A DNA stretch of 63,986 nucleotides from Actinomycetota bacterium (GTDB lineage: Bacteria; Actinomycetota; Acidimicrobiia; Acidimicrobiales; CADCSY01), in the NCBI GenBank assembly GCA_016781135.1, contig JADDQY010000090.1, forward strand, positions 1 through 63,986. Direction: 5' to 3'. Shown one piece after another: positions 47,869 to 57,783 of the stretch (its first letter is position 1; every line of letters begins with the position of its first letter). The notes below the pieces were generated by a model. That model was not told where the DNA came from, searched no databases, and saw nothing but the letters and a program-made list of their open reading frames with translations. Both the position numbers and the translations under genes were made by a program.

Positions 47869-49005
47869 ATGGCACTAGAGCAACCGCCCGAGCTGGTCGT
47901 GTTCTCCCACCTGCGGTGGACGTTCGTGTGGCAACGACCACAGCACCTCGTGTCCCGGCTGGCCCGCCAGCGGCCCACCTGGTTCGTCGAAGAACCGGTG
48001 ACGAGCGATGTCCCTGCTCCCCGCTTGTGCCGGGAGCACCACGGCGACATCACCCGGGTGTGGCTGGAGGTCCCGCCCAGCGAGGGCAACGTCCTGTTCG
48101 ACAGCCAGGGCTACGCCGATGAGCTCGGCGAGCTGCTCGGCGAGAACGACGACCGGACGGTGTGGCTCTACACCCCGATGGCACTGTCGATTGCCCGCGC
48201 CCTGAACCCAGCCACGTTGGTCTACGACGTGATGGACGACCTGGCTTCGTTCCGTGGTGCGCCTGCCGCTTTGAGCCTGCGCCACCGGCAAGCGCTGCGC
48301 GAGGCCGACGTCGTCTTCACCGGCGGCCGATCGCTGCACCAGGGCGTCCTCCAGCACCGGCCGCACCAGACCCACCTGTTCGCCAGCGGTGTCGAGCCCG
48401 AACACTTCTCCCCGGCTCGACGCCTGCGGTCGTCACGATGCAAGCGGGACGGGGTCGAGCGGCGGCCGGTGTGCGGCTACGTCGGCGTGATCGACGAACG
48501 CGTCGACCTGGATCTGGTCGCCGACTTGGCGGCGGCGCTGCCCGACTGGGACCTGCGCATGGTGGGACCGGTCGTCAAGATCCACCCGGAGACGTTGCCC
48601 CAGGCACCGAACCTCACCTACCCGGGCCCGGTGCGCTACCAGGACCTCCCGGTGGCCTTGGCTGGCTTCGACGTGGCTCTCATGCCCTTCGCCCTCAACG
48701 AGGCGACCCGCTCGATCAGCCCGACCAAGACCCTCGAGTACCTCGCCGCCGGGTTGCCCGTGGTGTCGACACGGGTGCCCGACGTGGTGGCCGACCACAA
48801 GGGCGTGGTCGAGCTCGAAGACGACGGGGAGGGCTTCGCCGTTGCCTGCCGCCGCCTGCACCGCCAGGCGCCGGCGGCCCGAGAGGCGGTCGCCGCGTCG
48901 GTGCTGGCCCGGACCCACTGGAACACCATCGCCGAACGGATGGACAACCTGATGGTGAGGGCCGGCTCCGCAGCGGGCACCGGCTCGCGCGAAGACACGG
49001 GGTGA
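47869..49005 (+). CDS. Glycosyltransferase (GT-B; family often linked to UDP-galactopyranose mutase)
   Basis: FSHLRW.FVWQRPQHL, YDVMDDL, GY.GVIDER, PFALNEATR.ISPTKT.EYLA.G.PVVST. Confidence 0.88.
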   Translation: MALEQPPELVVFSHLRWTFVWQRPQHLVSRLARQRPTWFVEEPVTSDVPAPRLCREHHGDITRVWLEVPPSEGNVLFDSQGYADELGELLGENDDRTVWLYTPMALSIARALNPATLVYDVMDDLASFRGAPAALSLRHRQALREADVVFTGGRSLHQGVLQHRPHQTHLFASGVEPEHFSPARRLRSSRCKRDGVERRPVCGYVGVIDERVDLDLVADLAAALPDWDLRMVGPVVKIHPETLPQAPNLTYPGPVRYQDLPVALAGFDVALMPFALNEATRSISPTKTLEYLAAGLPVVSTRVPDVVADHKGVVELEDDGEGFAVACRRLHRQAPAAREAVAASVLARTHWNTIAERMDNLMVRAGSAAGTGSREDTG

Positions 49006-49220
49006 AGCCCGACCCTCGCGTCGTCATCATCGCAGCAGGCCCCACCGGCCTCGCAACGAGCCACCGCCCCGGGTGATCGACGGTTGATCGACGATCGGCT
49101 CATGACGAGAGCGACTGGGAGCTGGTGGCGACCAGGTGGTTCGACCACGTCTTGTCGGGCGAGCCCGAGACGGTGTGGATCTCCCGCGGCGAGGGCGACG
49201 AGGGCGGCGGTATTCGCTGA
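49002..49220 (+). pseudogene. Internally deleted FAD-dependent oxidoreductase remnant
   Basis: GTG overlapping the GT stop gives VKPDPRVVIIAAGPTGLA (degenerate GxGxxG), then a stop. A C-terminal-like WFDHVLSGEPETVW follows about 70 bp later. Confidence 0.5.
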
Positions 49221-49324
49221 CGCCACTTGCCGCTGCCGGCGAAGGCCATCACTGCCGCGGCCCCCGGGGGAGCGCACGCAGGCGTAGGGTCGTGCACCCC
49301 GAGCACGGTCATGGTGATGATGCG

Positions 49325-52117
49325 ATGAGCACCCTCGAGTTCGACGACTGGCGCACCGCCTCCCTGGACGGCGAGTGGGACTTCTACCCTGGCAACCACC
49401 AGCTGGCCGACCTCGACCGAACCGCCCCCCAGGCGATCCGGGTCCCCGGCCTTTGGGAGGCGCAGGGCTACCTCGACCTCGACGGCACGGCCTGGTACCG
49501 GCGGCGCTTCCGCCTCGACGACATCTCCGGCGGCTGGACCCTGCGCTTCGCCGCGGTGATGGACCTGTCCGAGGTGTACCTGAACGGCCGCTCCCTCGGC
49601 GGTCACGACCAGCCCTTCACCCCCTTCGAGGTCGACCCTGGCCCGGCGCTCGGGGAGGACAACGACCTGGCCGTGCGGGTCGAAGACCCTGCTCTCGACG
49701 ACGAGCGTCACCTGCGCATGGCGCACGGCAAGCAGGGTTGGGCCAACCACGTGTTCCCGAGCCGACCCAGCCTCTACATGACCTACGGGGGCATCTGGCA
49801 GCCGGTCACCCTGCGGCGCCACGGCCCAGCGGTGCTCGCCGACGTTTTCGTCAACGGCGATCCCGACGACCTGGTGGTGATCGTGGAGGTCGAGAACAGG
49901 GGCCCAGCGGTGGACGCCCGGCTGGGGGTACGCACGCTCGGCCTCGTCCGGGAGCTCGAACTGCAGCTCGACGCCAACACCTGCCACCGCTTCGAGGTCG
50001 GCTTCGGCGTCACCGAGGCGCTTCGCTGGCGCCCGGAGAGCCCCCACCTCCACCAGGCCCTCGTCGACCTTCGGGCGGGAGACGTGTTGAGCGATTCGCG
50101 AGCCGTGCGCTACGGGCTGCGCACGGTCCGGATCGAGGGTCGTCAGATGCTCGTCAACGACCAGCCCTATCGCATGAAGAGCGTGCTCGTGCAGGGCTTC
50201 GGGGCCGACGAGCTCTACGCCGAACCCAGCCGGCCCCAGATCGAGCGCGAGGTGGCGGCGGCCCGGGAGATGGGGTTCAACACCCTGCGCCTGCACATCA
50301 AGGCCTTCGACCCGGCGTACCTCGACGTGTGCGACGAGGTCGGCATGCTGTTGCACTGCGACATCCCCGTGGCCGAACCGATCGTCCACGAGGAGATGGG
50401 CGGCGACACCGAGCTCACCCGGCGCAGCGTCGCCGCCGCTCGCCAGCAGGTGCGGCGGGACCGCAACCACCCGAGCATCGTGTTGTGGTCGGCGATGAAC
50501 GAGGTGTGCCTCGAGCGCTTCGAAGCCCGGGGGTGGCCGGGCTACGAGGCCTTCGTGCGGACCGTCGCCGGCGCGGTGCGCGACGAGGACCCCACCCGGG
50601 CGATCATCGAGAACGACTGGATCGAGCCCGAAGCCGACCGCGTGTTCGTCTCGCCCATCCTCACCGCCCACTGGTACGGCCGGTTGCACCGCGAGTACCT
50701 CGACAAGATCGAACGCCGATCGTCGCAGTGGGCGGACCTGCCCCGCCCACTGTTCGTCACCGAGTTCGGGGACTGGGGCCTGCCCGACATGCCCGTGCTC
50801 CCCGACCCCCCGTTCTGGGACGCGCGCGAGACCTACGCCTCGTCGCTGGCTCGGACCCGGTGGCCGGCGAGCGTGGCCCGGTTCGTGCAGGAGACCCAGC
50901 GCTACCAGGGCATCTCCGACCGACTGCAGGCGGAGGTGTTCCGCCGCCACGACCACATCGGGGGTTACTGCGTCACCGAGCTGACCGACGTGCCCCAGGA
51001 GCTCAACGGCCTGCTCGACCTGCACCGCCGCCCCAAGCCCATCGCCGTGGCCGAGCTGACCCGGGCGAACCAGACGGTGCTGCCGATGCTGCGCCTGCAC
51101 AGCCTGGTGGTGCCCGCCGGAGGCCTGCTACGGGCGCCGCTCCACGTCGCCAACGACGGGGGCCCGCTCGACGACGTGACTGTGGAGGCCCGATTCGGTG
51201 AGTCGGTGGGCAGTATGACCCTGGATGAGCTGCTGGCTGTAGACACCCGGTCTCTCCCCGCCGCCCAAGTGGAGGCCCGGTTCCGGGAGACGGTGGCCGA
51301 GCGGCGTCTCGGCTCCCTGCCGAGCCACCAGGCGAGCGCATGCGGCCACCTCGATGTGGTGGCCCCCGAGGTACCGGGAACCCACGACCTCGTGCTGCGG
51401 CTGTTCGAGGGCAAAGTGCAGGTGGCCGAGAACCGCTATCCGATCCACGTGGTGGTCCACCCGCCCGTCCCCGTACCGGTGCGGCTGGTGGGCGGGGGCC
51501 CGACCGTCGAGGCCCTCCGCCTGGTCGGCGCCGAGCCCGACGACGACGGGGTCACCGTGGTGGCCGAGGGAGCCCTCGACGCCGCTGCCGGCGACGACCT
51601 CGGCCGACGCCTGGAACGGGGCGAGGTGGTCCTCGTGCTGGCGCAGACGACCGCCGCCGCCAAGCACTTCCCGGTCCCGGTCGACCTGGCCGAGCTGGCC
51701 ACCGCCTGGGGGTCCACCGACTTCCGCTTCTCGACCGACCACGGCGCCATCCCGTCGCTGCCCCGCCGTACCGTGCTGGTGGCCGAGGACTCGACCGTCC
51801 AGGCGACGGTCGTGGTCGCCGGCGTCGACGGCCAGCCGTTCCCGGACACGCCCGTGATCATCGCCTACAAGCCCGTGCCGGGCGCCCTGACCGGCACGGT
51901 GCTCGGCTCCCACGCCGTCGCCTCCGGCCGCCTGGTGTTCTGCCAGTACCGCCTGTCGGCCCGCGCCGCGTCCGGTGACGCCGCCGCCTGCGCCCTGCTC
52001 GCCGACCTGCTGCGCTGGGCGAGCGAGCCGCAAGCGGTGATGGGTCGCCACGAGCATCTCAAGGACGACGGGCGCCGGCTGCTCGAGTACGGGTGGCGCG
52101 ACGAGGTGGCCCGGTGA
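49325..52117 (+). CDS. Glycoside hydrolase family 2 with C-terminal extension
   Basis: SLDGEW.F, I.VPG.W, YGGIWQ.V, GFNTLRLH, RNHPSIVLWS..NE (acid/base), TEFG (nucleophile). Confidence 0.9.
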   Translation: MSTLEFDDWRTASLDGEWDFYPGNHQLADLDRTAPQAIRVPGLWEAQGYLDLDGTAWYRRRFRLDDISGGWTLRFAAVMDLSEVYLNGRSLGGHDQPFTPFEVDPGPALGEDNDLAVRVEDPALDDERHLRMAHGKQGWANHVFPSRPSLYMTYGGIWQPVTLRRHGPAVLADVFVNGDPDDLVVIVEVENRGPAVDARLGVRTLGLVRELELQLDANTCHRFEVGFGVTEALRWRPESPHLHQALVDLRAGDVLSDSRAVRYGLRTVRIEGRQMLVNDQPYRMKSVLVQGFGADELYAEPSRPQIEREVAAAREMGFNTLRLHIKAFDPAYLDVCDEVGMLLHCDIPVAEPIVHEEMGGDTELTRRSVAAARQQVRRDRNHPSIVLWSAMNEVCLERFEARGWPGYEAFVRTVAGAVRDEDPTRAIIENDWIEPEADRVFVSPILTAHWYGRLHREYLDKIERRSSQWADLPRPLFVTEFGDWGLPDMPVLPDPPFWDARETYASSLARTRWPASVARFVQETQRYQGISDRLQAEVFRRHDHIGGYCVTELTDVPQELNGLLDLHRRPKPIAVAELTRANQTVLPMLRLHSLVVPAGGLLRAPLHVANDGGPLDDVTVEARFGESVGSMTLDELLAVDTRSLPAAQVEARFRETVAERRLGSLPSHQASACGHLDVVAPEVPGTHDLVLRLFEGKVQVAENRYPIHVVVHPPVPVPVRLVGGGPTVEALRLVGAEPDDDGVTVVAEGALDAAAGDDLGRRLERGEVVLVLAQTTAAAKHFPVPVDLAELATAWGSTDFRFSTDHGAIPSLPRRTVLVAEDSTVQATVVVAGVDGQPFPDTPVIIAYKPVPGALTGTVLGSHAVASGRLVFCQYRLSARAASGDAAACALLADLLRWASEPQAVMGRHEHLKDDGRRLLEYGWRDEVAR

Positions 52118-53115
52118 CCGAGCGGCGGAGGGACCCCCTCACCGGCGAGTGGCGGATGTTCGCCAGCCACCGCCAGGACCGCACCTTCCTGCCGCCCGAC
52201 GAGTACTGCCCCCTCTGCCCCAGCCGCCCGGGGGGGCTCCCCACCGAGATCCCGCTGCCCCACTTCGACGTGGTCGTGTTCGAGAACCGCTTCCCCTCGC
52301 TGGTGCGCGAGCCCCCCCCACCCGAGGTCGTCGGGTCCGAGCTGTACCCCGTTGCCCCGTCGGTGGGCGCCAACGAGGTCGTCGTCTACTCCGACGACCA
52401 CACCTTGACCCTGGCCGACATGAAGGTCGAGCGCGTCGCCCGGCTGGTGGCGGTGTGGGCCGATCGGTACGCCGACCTCGGCGCACGGGAGGAGGTCGCC
52501 TACGTCTTCATCTTCGAGAACCGGGGCGTGGCGGTGGGGGTGACCCTCCATCACCCCCACGGGCAGATCTACGCCTACCCGGAGATTCCCCCCCGCCCCC
52601 GGCTCGAGCTCGAGACGGCCGCCGCCCATCTCGAGCGGCACGGCACGTGCGTGCTGTGCGACGTCGTCGGGCGCGAGCGGGCCGACGGCATCCGGGTGGT
52701 CGGGCACAACCTCAGCTTCTTGGCGTTCGTGCCCTTCGCCGCCCGCTTCCCCTACGAGGTGCACATCGTCTCCCAGCGTCACGCCGCCAGCCTGCTCGAC
52801 CTCACCGACCCCGAGCGGCTGGCGCTGGCCGAGATGTTGCAGGCGGTGGCCGCCGGCTACGACCGCCTCTTCGGGTTCCCCCTCCCCTACATCATGTCGA
52901 TGCACCAGGCTCCGACCGACGACGGCCAGCACCAGGCCATCAGCCACCTCCACCTCGAGCTGACCCCTCTCCACCGCAGCGCCGACCGGCTGAAGTACCT
53001 CGCCGGCTCCGAGCTGGGCGCCGGCGCCTTCATCAACGACACCGCGCCCGAGGCCACCGCCATGCGGCTGCGAGCGGCGATAGGCGAGGTGGGTGCCGGC
53101 CACTTCGCCCGGTGA
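52114..53115 (+). CDS. galT: Galactose-1-phosphate uridylyltransferase
   Basis: R.DPLTGEW, CPLCP, FENRFP, FENRG..GVTLHHPHGQ, KYLAGSE. Confidence 0.95.
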   Translation: MTERRRDPLTGEWRMFASHRQDRTFLPPDEYCPLCPSRPGGLPTEIPLPHFDVVVFENRFPSLVREPPPPEVVGSELYPVAPSVGANEVVVYSDDHTLTLADMKVERVARLVAVWADRYADLGAREEVAYVFIFENRGVAVGVTLHHPHGQIYAYPEIPPRPRLELETAAAHLERHGTCVLCDVVGRERADGIRVVGHNLSFLAFVPFAARFPYEVHIVSQRHAASLLDLTDPERLALAEMLQAVAAGYDRLFGFPLPYIMSMHQAPTDDGQHQAISHLHLELTPLHRSADRLKYLAGSELGAGAFINDTAPEATAMRLRAAIGEVGAGHFAR

Positions 53116-53217
53116 GGACCGAGCGGGAAGCTTCCCGGCAAACGGCGGGCGGCGGCGTCAACAGCACCGGCAGACCACCACGGTGTTGCCGGTTGACCGG
53201 CCCAGCCTGCCTCGCTG

Positions 53218-54288
53218 CTACAGGGGCGCCGCCGAGCCGATCGGAGCCAGCTCGATCCACGTGCGACCGGGGGTGAGGGCGACGGGCGCACCGGCGCTGT
53301 CGGTGTAGGTGGTGACCGCTGCCGGGTCAGGACGCGACCAGCGACCCCGGATGAGCTTGCCCCCGGTGAGCACCCAGGCCTCGCCCTCGCCCACGGTGAC
53401 CGCCTCCGGCGAAGGTGATCCGACCACATCGACGAAGCCCGAGTCGCGGTACTCGCTGAACTGCACGATGACGTTGGGGGGTACCACCTGGGCACCGGAG
53501 GCGTCGACGTAGGGGGTCCCGTCCTGACTGCGTGCCCACCCCTCGGGGACGGCCTGGTAGCTCACCTGGGTGTTGGTCACACCGCCGTAGCCCATGCGGA
53601 TTCCGGCGGTGTCCTCGGCGCCGGTCGCGGTCACCGCCGGACCCTGGCCTCGATGGGCGAACAGCGCCGGGGGCGGGCCGGTGCCGGGCGGGGCGAAGCC
53701 GAAGAAGGCGGCGGTGTCGATGAAGAAGCGCAACACGCCGCTCCCCCGCACCTGGTAGTCACCGGGGCGGACGTCGTAGCCCAGGTCGACCAGGTTCGCT
53801 CCTCGGACTTGCTCCAGTACCCCCTGATTGGCGCCGGAGTGGGCGAACAGGGGCCGATTGAGGTTGGCGGTGAGGCCGACGTCGGTGGTACGAGCCGAGC
53901 GCACCGGTCCTACGTCGGAGTCAGTGGAGTGGAACACGGCGGCCAGCCGGGTAACGCCTCCCTCGACCCCCTCGACGTAGACGACGTCGGCGCGGTTCAC
54001 CCCGGCGAGGCGGTCCCGGGCCTTCCCGGAGTTGTCGACCTTGACCACCAACGCCGGTCGGGCGGCGACGGCCACCGCGTCTCCCACCGGCAGCCCGGTG
54101 AGGGGGAAGACGGGAGGAGCGGTGGTCGTGGTGGTCGGCACCTCCGCCGTCGTGGTCGGGGGTGGCGCCGCCGCGCCGCCCCCGCTCGAGACGAGCAAGG
54201 CGGCGACCAGCCCGGCGAGGAAGACCACGCCGGCCGTGACGGCACCGATGACGTTGCGCCGGCTCACGGCACGAGTATGGCGAACCAC
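53218..54288 (-). CDS. DUF3048 family membrane-anchored protein
   Basis: TM anchor, PLTG.P, RPALVVKVDN, ADVVY.E.VEGG.TRL, GPVRSAR, L.PG.TWIEL. Confidence 0.88.
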   Translation of the reverse strand: MVRHTRAVSRRNVIGAVTAGVVFLAGLVAALLVSSGGGAAAPPPTTTAEVPTTTTTAPPVFPLTGLPVGDAVAVAARPALVVKVDNSGKARDRLAGVNRADVVYVEGVEGGVTRLAAVFHSTDSDVGPVRSARTTDVGLTANLNRPLFAHSGANQGVLEQVRGANLVDLGYDVRPGDYQVRGSGVLRFFIDTAAFFGFAPPGTGPPPALFAHRGQGPAVTATGAEDTAGIRMGYGGVTNTQVSYQAVPEGWARSQDGTPYVDASGAQVVPPNVIVQFSEYRDSGFVDVVGSPSPEAVTVGEGEAWVLTGGKLIRGRWSRPDPAAVTTYTDSAGAPVALTPGRTWIELAPIGSAAPL

Positions 54289-54309
54289 CGCCGCCCGGCG
54301 CAGGCCGGG

Positions 54310-55218
54310 TCACAGCTCCCGCAGCCCGGCGATGCGCTCGTCGAGGGGAGGATGGGTGTCGAAGAGCCGGTTGAGCCAGGCCATCCGCCCCTCCGACGGC
54401 ACCCGGGCGAGCGGCGACTCGATCCACAGGTGGGCCGTCGCCCGGGACGCCGAGTGCACGACGGCGCCGTCGTCGCGCAGCTTCTCCAGCGCCGAGATCA
54501 GCCCCGGTGGGTAGCGGGTGAGGCCCACTCCGCTCACGTCGGCCAGGAGCTCTCGCCGCCGGCTCACCGCCAACTGCATCAGCCGGCCCACCAGCGGGGC
54601 GACCACGAGCAGGACCAACCCGACCACGCCGAGGACGGCTGCCGGCCCCGCCCCGCCCTTGCGGTCGTCTCGGTGGCGGGGACCGCCCCACCACAAGAAG
54701 CGCAGGGCCACGTCGGCCAGCAGGGTGATCATCCCCACCAGGGTCACCGCCAGGGTGGACACCAGCGTGTCGCGGTTCTTGATGTGGCTCAGCTCGTGGG
54801 CCAGCACGCCCTCGAGCTCGACCCGGGTGAGCTTGTCGAGCAACCCGGTGGTGACCGCCACCGCCGCGTGCCGCGGATCGCGGCCGGTGGCGAAGGCGTT
54901 GGGGGCCGGATCGTCGACCACGTAGACACCGGGCTTGGGCAGGCCGGCGGCGATGCAGAGCCCCTCGACCAGGTTGTGCAGGCGGGCGTGGGCCGCGGGG
55001 TCGGCAGGCCGGGCCTGGCTCATCCGCAGGGCGATGACGTCACTCTTCCACCACGCGCCGAAGCTCCCGGCGACGGCCACGGCGAGGGCGAGCACAGGAC
55101 CGGCTGCCCCGTAGCCGAACACGGCACCGAACGCCCAGCCCACGGCGACCACCAGGGCCACGAAGGCGACCACCAGGGCCACCGAGCGCCGCCTGTTGGC
55201 GGTGACCTGGTCGTACAG
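54310..55218 (-). CDS. htpX: M48 zinc metalloprotease HtpX (probable CTG start)
   Basis: PNAFATG, HELSH, SRRRE.LAD, THPP..ERI. The N-terminus (M)YDQVTANRRRS begins at CTG 55218. Confidence 0.93.
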   Translation of the reverse strand: MYDQVTANRRRSVALVVAFVALVVAVGWAFGAVFGYGAAGPVLALAVAVAGSFGAWWKSDVIALRMSQARPADPAAHARLHNLVEGLCIAAGLPKPGVYVVDDPAPNAFATGRDPRHAAVAVTTGLLDKLTRVELEGVLAHELSHIKNRDTLVSTLAVTLVGMITLLADVALRFLWWGGPRHRDDRKGGAGPAAVLGVVGLVLLVVAPLVGRLMQLAVSRRRELLADVSGVGLTRYPPGLISALEKLRDDGAVVHSASRATAHLWIESPLARVPSEGRMAWLNRLFDTHPPLDERIAGLREL

Positions 55219-55239
55219 GATGCCCCCCGGGGTGGGCGC

Positions 55240-55788
55240 CTAGAAGTCGACCTGGACGGGACCCCGAGCCGAGCCGTCGGCTTCGAAGTACTCCCGGGGG
55301 CGGAACTGGAGCGGGCCGGCGAGCACCAGCGACGGAAAGGAGTGGATGCTGGTGTTGTAGCGAAAGACGGTGTCGTTGTAGAACTGCCGGGCGTAGGCGA
55401 CGCGCCCCTCGGTGGCGCTGAGCTCCTCCTGGAGCTGGAGGAACGCCTGGTTGGCCTCGAGGTCGGGGTAGGCCTCGGACACCGCAAACAGCGACCTGAG
55501 CGCCGAGCTCAGCTCGTCGTCAGCCTTGGCCTGCTCGGCCACCCCGCCGGCGTCGAGGGCGGCGGCCCGGGCTCGGGTGACGGCCTCGATCGTGTCGCGC
55601 TCGTGGGTGGCGTAGCCATTGACCGTCTCGATGAGGTTGGGGATGAGGTCATAGCGCCGGCGTAGCTGGACGTCGATCTGAGCCCACGCGCGCTCGATGC
55701 GGTTGCGCAGCTTGACCAGGCCGTTGTAGAGCGCGACCACATAGACCACGAGCACGATGCCGAGGCCGAGCAGGATCCACCGGACCAT
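55240..55788 (-). CDS. lemA: LemA family protein
   Basis: YN.LV.LRN...AW.QIDVQL.RR.DLIPNL, EAYPDL.A, RQFYN. Confidence 0.95.
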   Translation of the reverse strand: MVRWILLGLGIVLVVYVVALYNGLVKLRNRIERAWAQIDVQLRRRYDLIPNLIETVNGYATHERDTIEAVTRARAAALDAGGVAEQAKADDELSSALRSLFAVSEAYPDLEANQAFLQLQEELSATEGRVAYARQFYNDTVFRYNTSIHSFPSLVLAGPLQFRPREYFEADGSARGPVQVDF

Positions 55789-56008
55789 CGGCCGAGCGTA
55801 CCGCTGGCACCCCGCTCGCCTGGGGTGCTCCCCCGGGATACCACCCAAGCCACCGCTGCTTGTCATGGAAACGACACAATGCGACCCTTGCGGCCCCTAA
55901 AGGCGGCGTTCATACTTCACGACACTTAGCGTGACTGATCCACCACATCACGCGCTTCCCCAGGGTCGCGCATGTCCGCCCGGGCGGGATGACCGATGAG
56001 GAGTTCTC

Positions 56009-57700
56009 ATGCACCTGAAGCGTCTGCTCGGGACCGCCACCGCCGCGGCCGTCCTGCTCGCCGGGCCGCTGCCGGCGGCGGCAGAGGAGCCGGCGGCGGC
56101 GGCGCCGACCGGCGTCGGGTCGAGCGTGGTCCGCTCCACCCTCCTCGGCGTCGATCTCGGCGACCTGCTCAACCTCGACATCCTCGATGACGAGAGCCTG
56201 TCGACGATCGACCCGGTGGACGGCGAGCCGATCTCCTCGGCTGTGCTCAACCCGGTCAAGCTGACATCCTCGGTGCTCGGCCCGCTGTCGCTCGGGACTG
56301 TGGCCACCAGCACCACCGGCGCCGAGGACCGCAAGACGGTCGACGCCAACACCGCTGGCAACGTCCCGGTGCCGATTGTCAGCGGGCTGCTCAACGGCAC
56401 CCTCTCGTCGATCGTCGACGCCGACGGCGCCCGGTCCAGCCTGCTCGTCGGCATCGGTGGAGGCGGGCTCGACCTGGTGGGCGGCCTGCTCGACCTGGGC
56501 AAGACACCTGAGGCCATGACCTTCATCACCAACGCCGCTCCCGCCCGGGCCGAAGGCGTGCGGGGCCTCAACATCCCCTCGCTCTCGCTGCTCAACCTCG
56601 GCAACCTGCTGGAGGGCCTCGGCCTGCCGCTGGGCGACATGCCCCTCACCGACCTGACCGGACTGCTGAAGGGGCTCGGCATCAACAGCGTGCCCGTGGC
56701 CGGCGAGGACATGGACACCGACGACATCATCGGCACGGTCACCGACCTGGTCGAGGGCCTGGACGTACTCGAAGCGGTTCCGGCCGTCGACCAGCCACTG
56801 ACCGGCGAGCTCTGCGGGACCCTCGAGGGTGCCGTCGGTGGGCTCCTCGGTCCCGTCCTCGGCGGGGGCGGCATGGACGACGACGAGACCTGCACCACCG
56901 CGCTGGACACCAGCGATGGCGCGGTTCCGGTCGTCGGTGACCTCGCCGAGAACGTCGACGGGCTGCTCGAGGACATCCTCGAGGGCGTGCTGCCCACCCT
57001 CGACGGGCTCAGCCTGCTCGAGGTCAGGGACGTCAAGGCCGGGATGGTGGCCACCGCCACCGACTCGGTCGAGGCTTCGGTGGCCGACGTGGTCGCCTCC
57101 ATCGGCTCGCTCAAGGTCGCCAACCTCGACATCCTCCGCAACATCGACCTGACCAAGGACCTCGATGTCCTGAGCGGGTTGGGCGACACCGTGACCAACC
57201 TGCTCAACACCGGGCTCGGCCTGGGCGACCTGCTCGACATCGACCTGCTGAAGATCGAGGAGCTGGTGGCTCCCGACGGTGACTACACCAAGGCGCTGTC
57301 GTCGCTGACCGCCCTGGGCGTCGGCATCAAGCCGCTCGGCCTGGTCGGCATCGCCTCCAGCCACGACGAGCCCACCGCGCGGGGGATCCTCGGCAACGTG
57401 CCCCTGCTGGGCGGCGGCGACATGCTCGAGCTCGAGAGCCTGCTCGGCGGCGTCACGTCGGTCCTCACCGAGGGCGTCGACATCAAGGTCGGCGAGATGG
57501 CCAGCGAGGGCTTCTTCACCCCGGTAGCGGCGCTCACGCCCAACCTGGTCGACCCGCCGGCCAAGCTCGTGACCACCCCTGACGGGAAGCTGCCCCGCAC
57601 CGGTGGCAGCACCGCCCTCCCGGCCGTCCTGGCCGTGCTCCTGGCCAGCACCGCCGTGGTCATCCGCCGGACGGTTCGCACCGAAAAGGTCGGCAGCTGA
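56009..57700 (+). CDS. Secreted Leu/Gly/Asp-rich surface protein with LPXTG-type anchor
   Basis: Signal peptide ending PAAA, low-complexity L/D/G-rich body, C-terminal LPRTG plus hydrophobic segment plus RRTVRTEK tail. Confidence 0.8.
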   Translation: MHLKRLLGTATAAAVLLAGPLPAAAEEPAAAAPTGVGSSVVRSTLLGVDLGDLLNLDILDDESLSTIDPVDGEPISSAVLNPVKLTSSVLGPLSLGTVATSTTGAEDRKTVDANTAGNVPVPIVSGLLNGTLSSIVDADGARSSLLVGIGGGGLDLVGGLLDLGKTPEAMTFITNAAPARAEGVRGLNIPSLSLLNLGNLLEGLGLPLGDMPLTDLTGLLKGLGINSVPVAGEDMDTDDIIGTVTDLVEGLDVLEAVPAVDQPLTGELCGTLEGAVGGLLGPVLGGGGMDDDETCTTALDTSDGAVPVVGDLAENVDGLLEDILEGVLPTLDGLSLLEVRDVKAGMVATATDSVEASVADVVASIGSLKVANLDILRNIDLTKDLDVLSGLGDTVTNLLNTGLGLGDLLDIDLLKIEELVAPDGDYTKALSSLTALGVGIKPLGLVGIASSHDEPTARGILGNVPLLGGGDMLELESLLGGVTSVLTEGVDIKVGEMASEGFFTPVAALTPNLVDPPAKLVTTPDGKLPRTGGSTALPAVLAVLLASTAVVIRRTVRTEKVGS

Positions 57701-57722
57701 CCACCGCACCACGATCCAGCTC

Positions 57723-57761
57723 CGCGAGAAAGGGCCCTCCGAGGAGGGCCCTTTCCTCGCG
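57723..57761. terminator. Strong GC hairpin / intrinsic terminator
   Basis: cgcgagaaagggccctc-cgag-gagggccctttcctcgcg just after the LPXTG gene. Confidence 0.75.
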
Positions 57762-57783
57762 TCGCCCCCGGCGCAGCCTGGCC

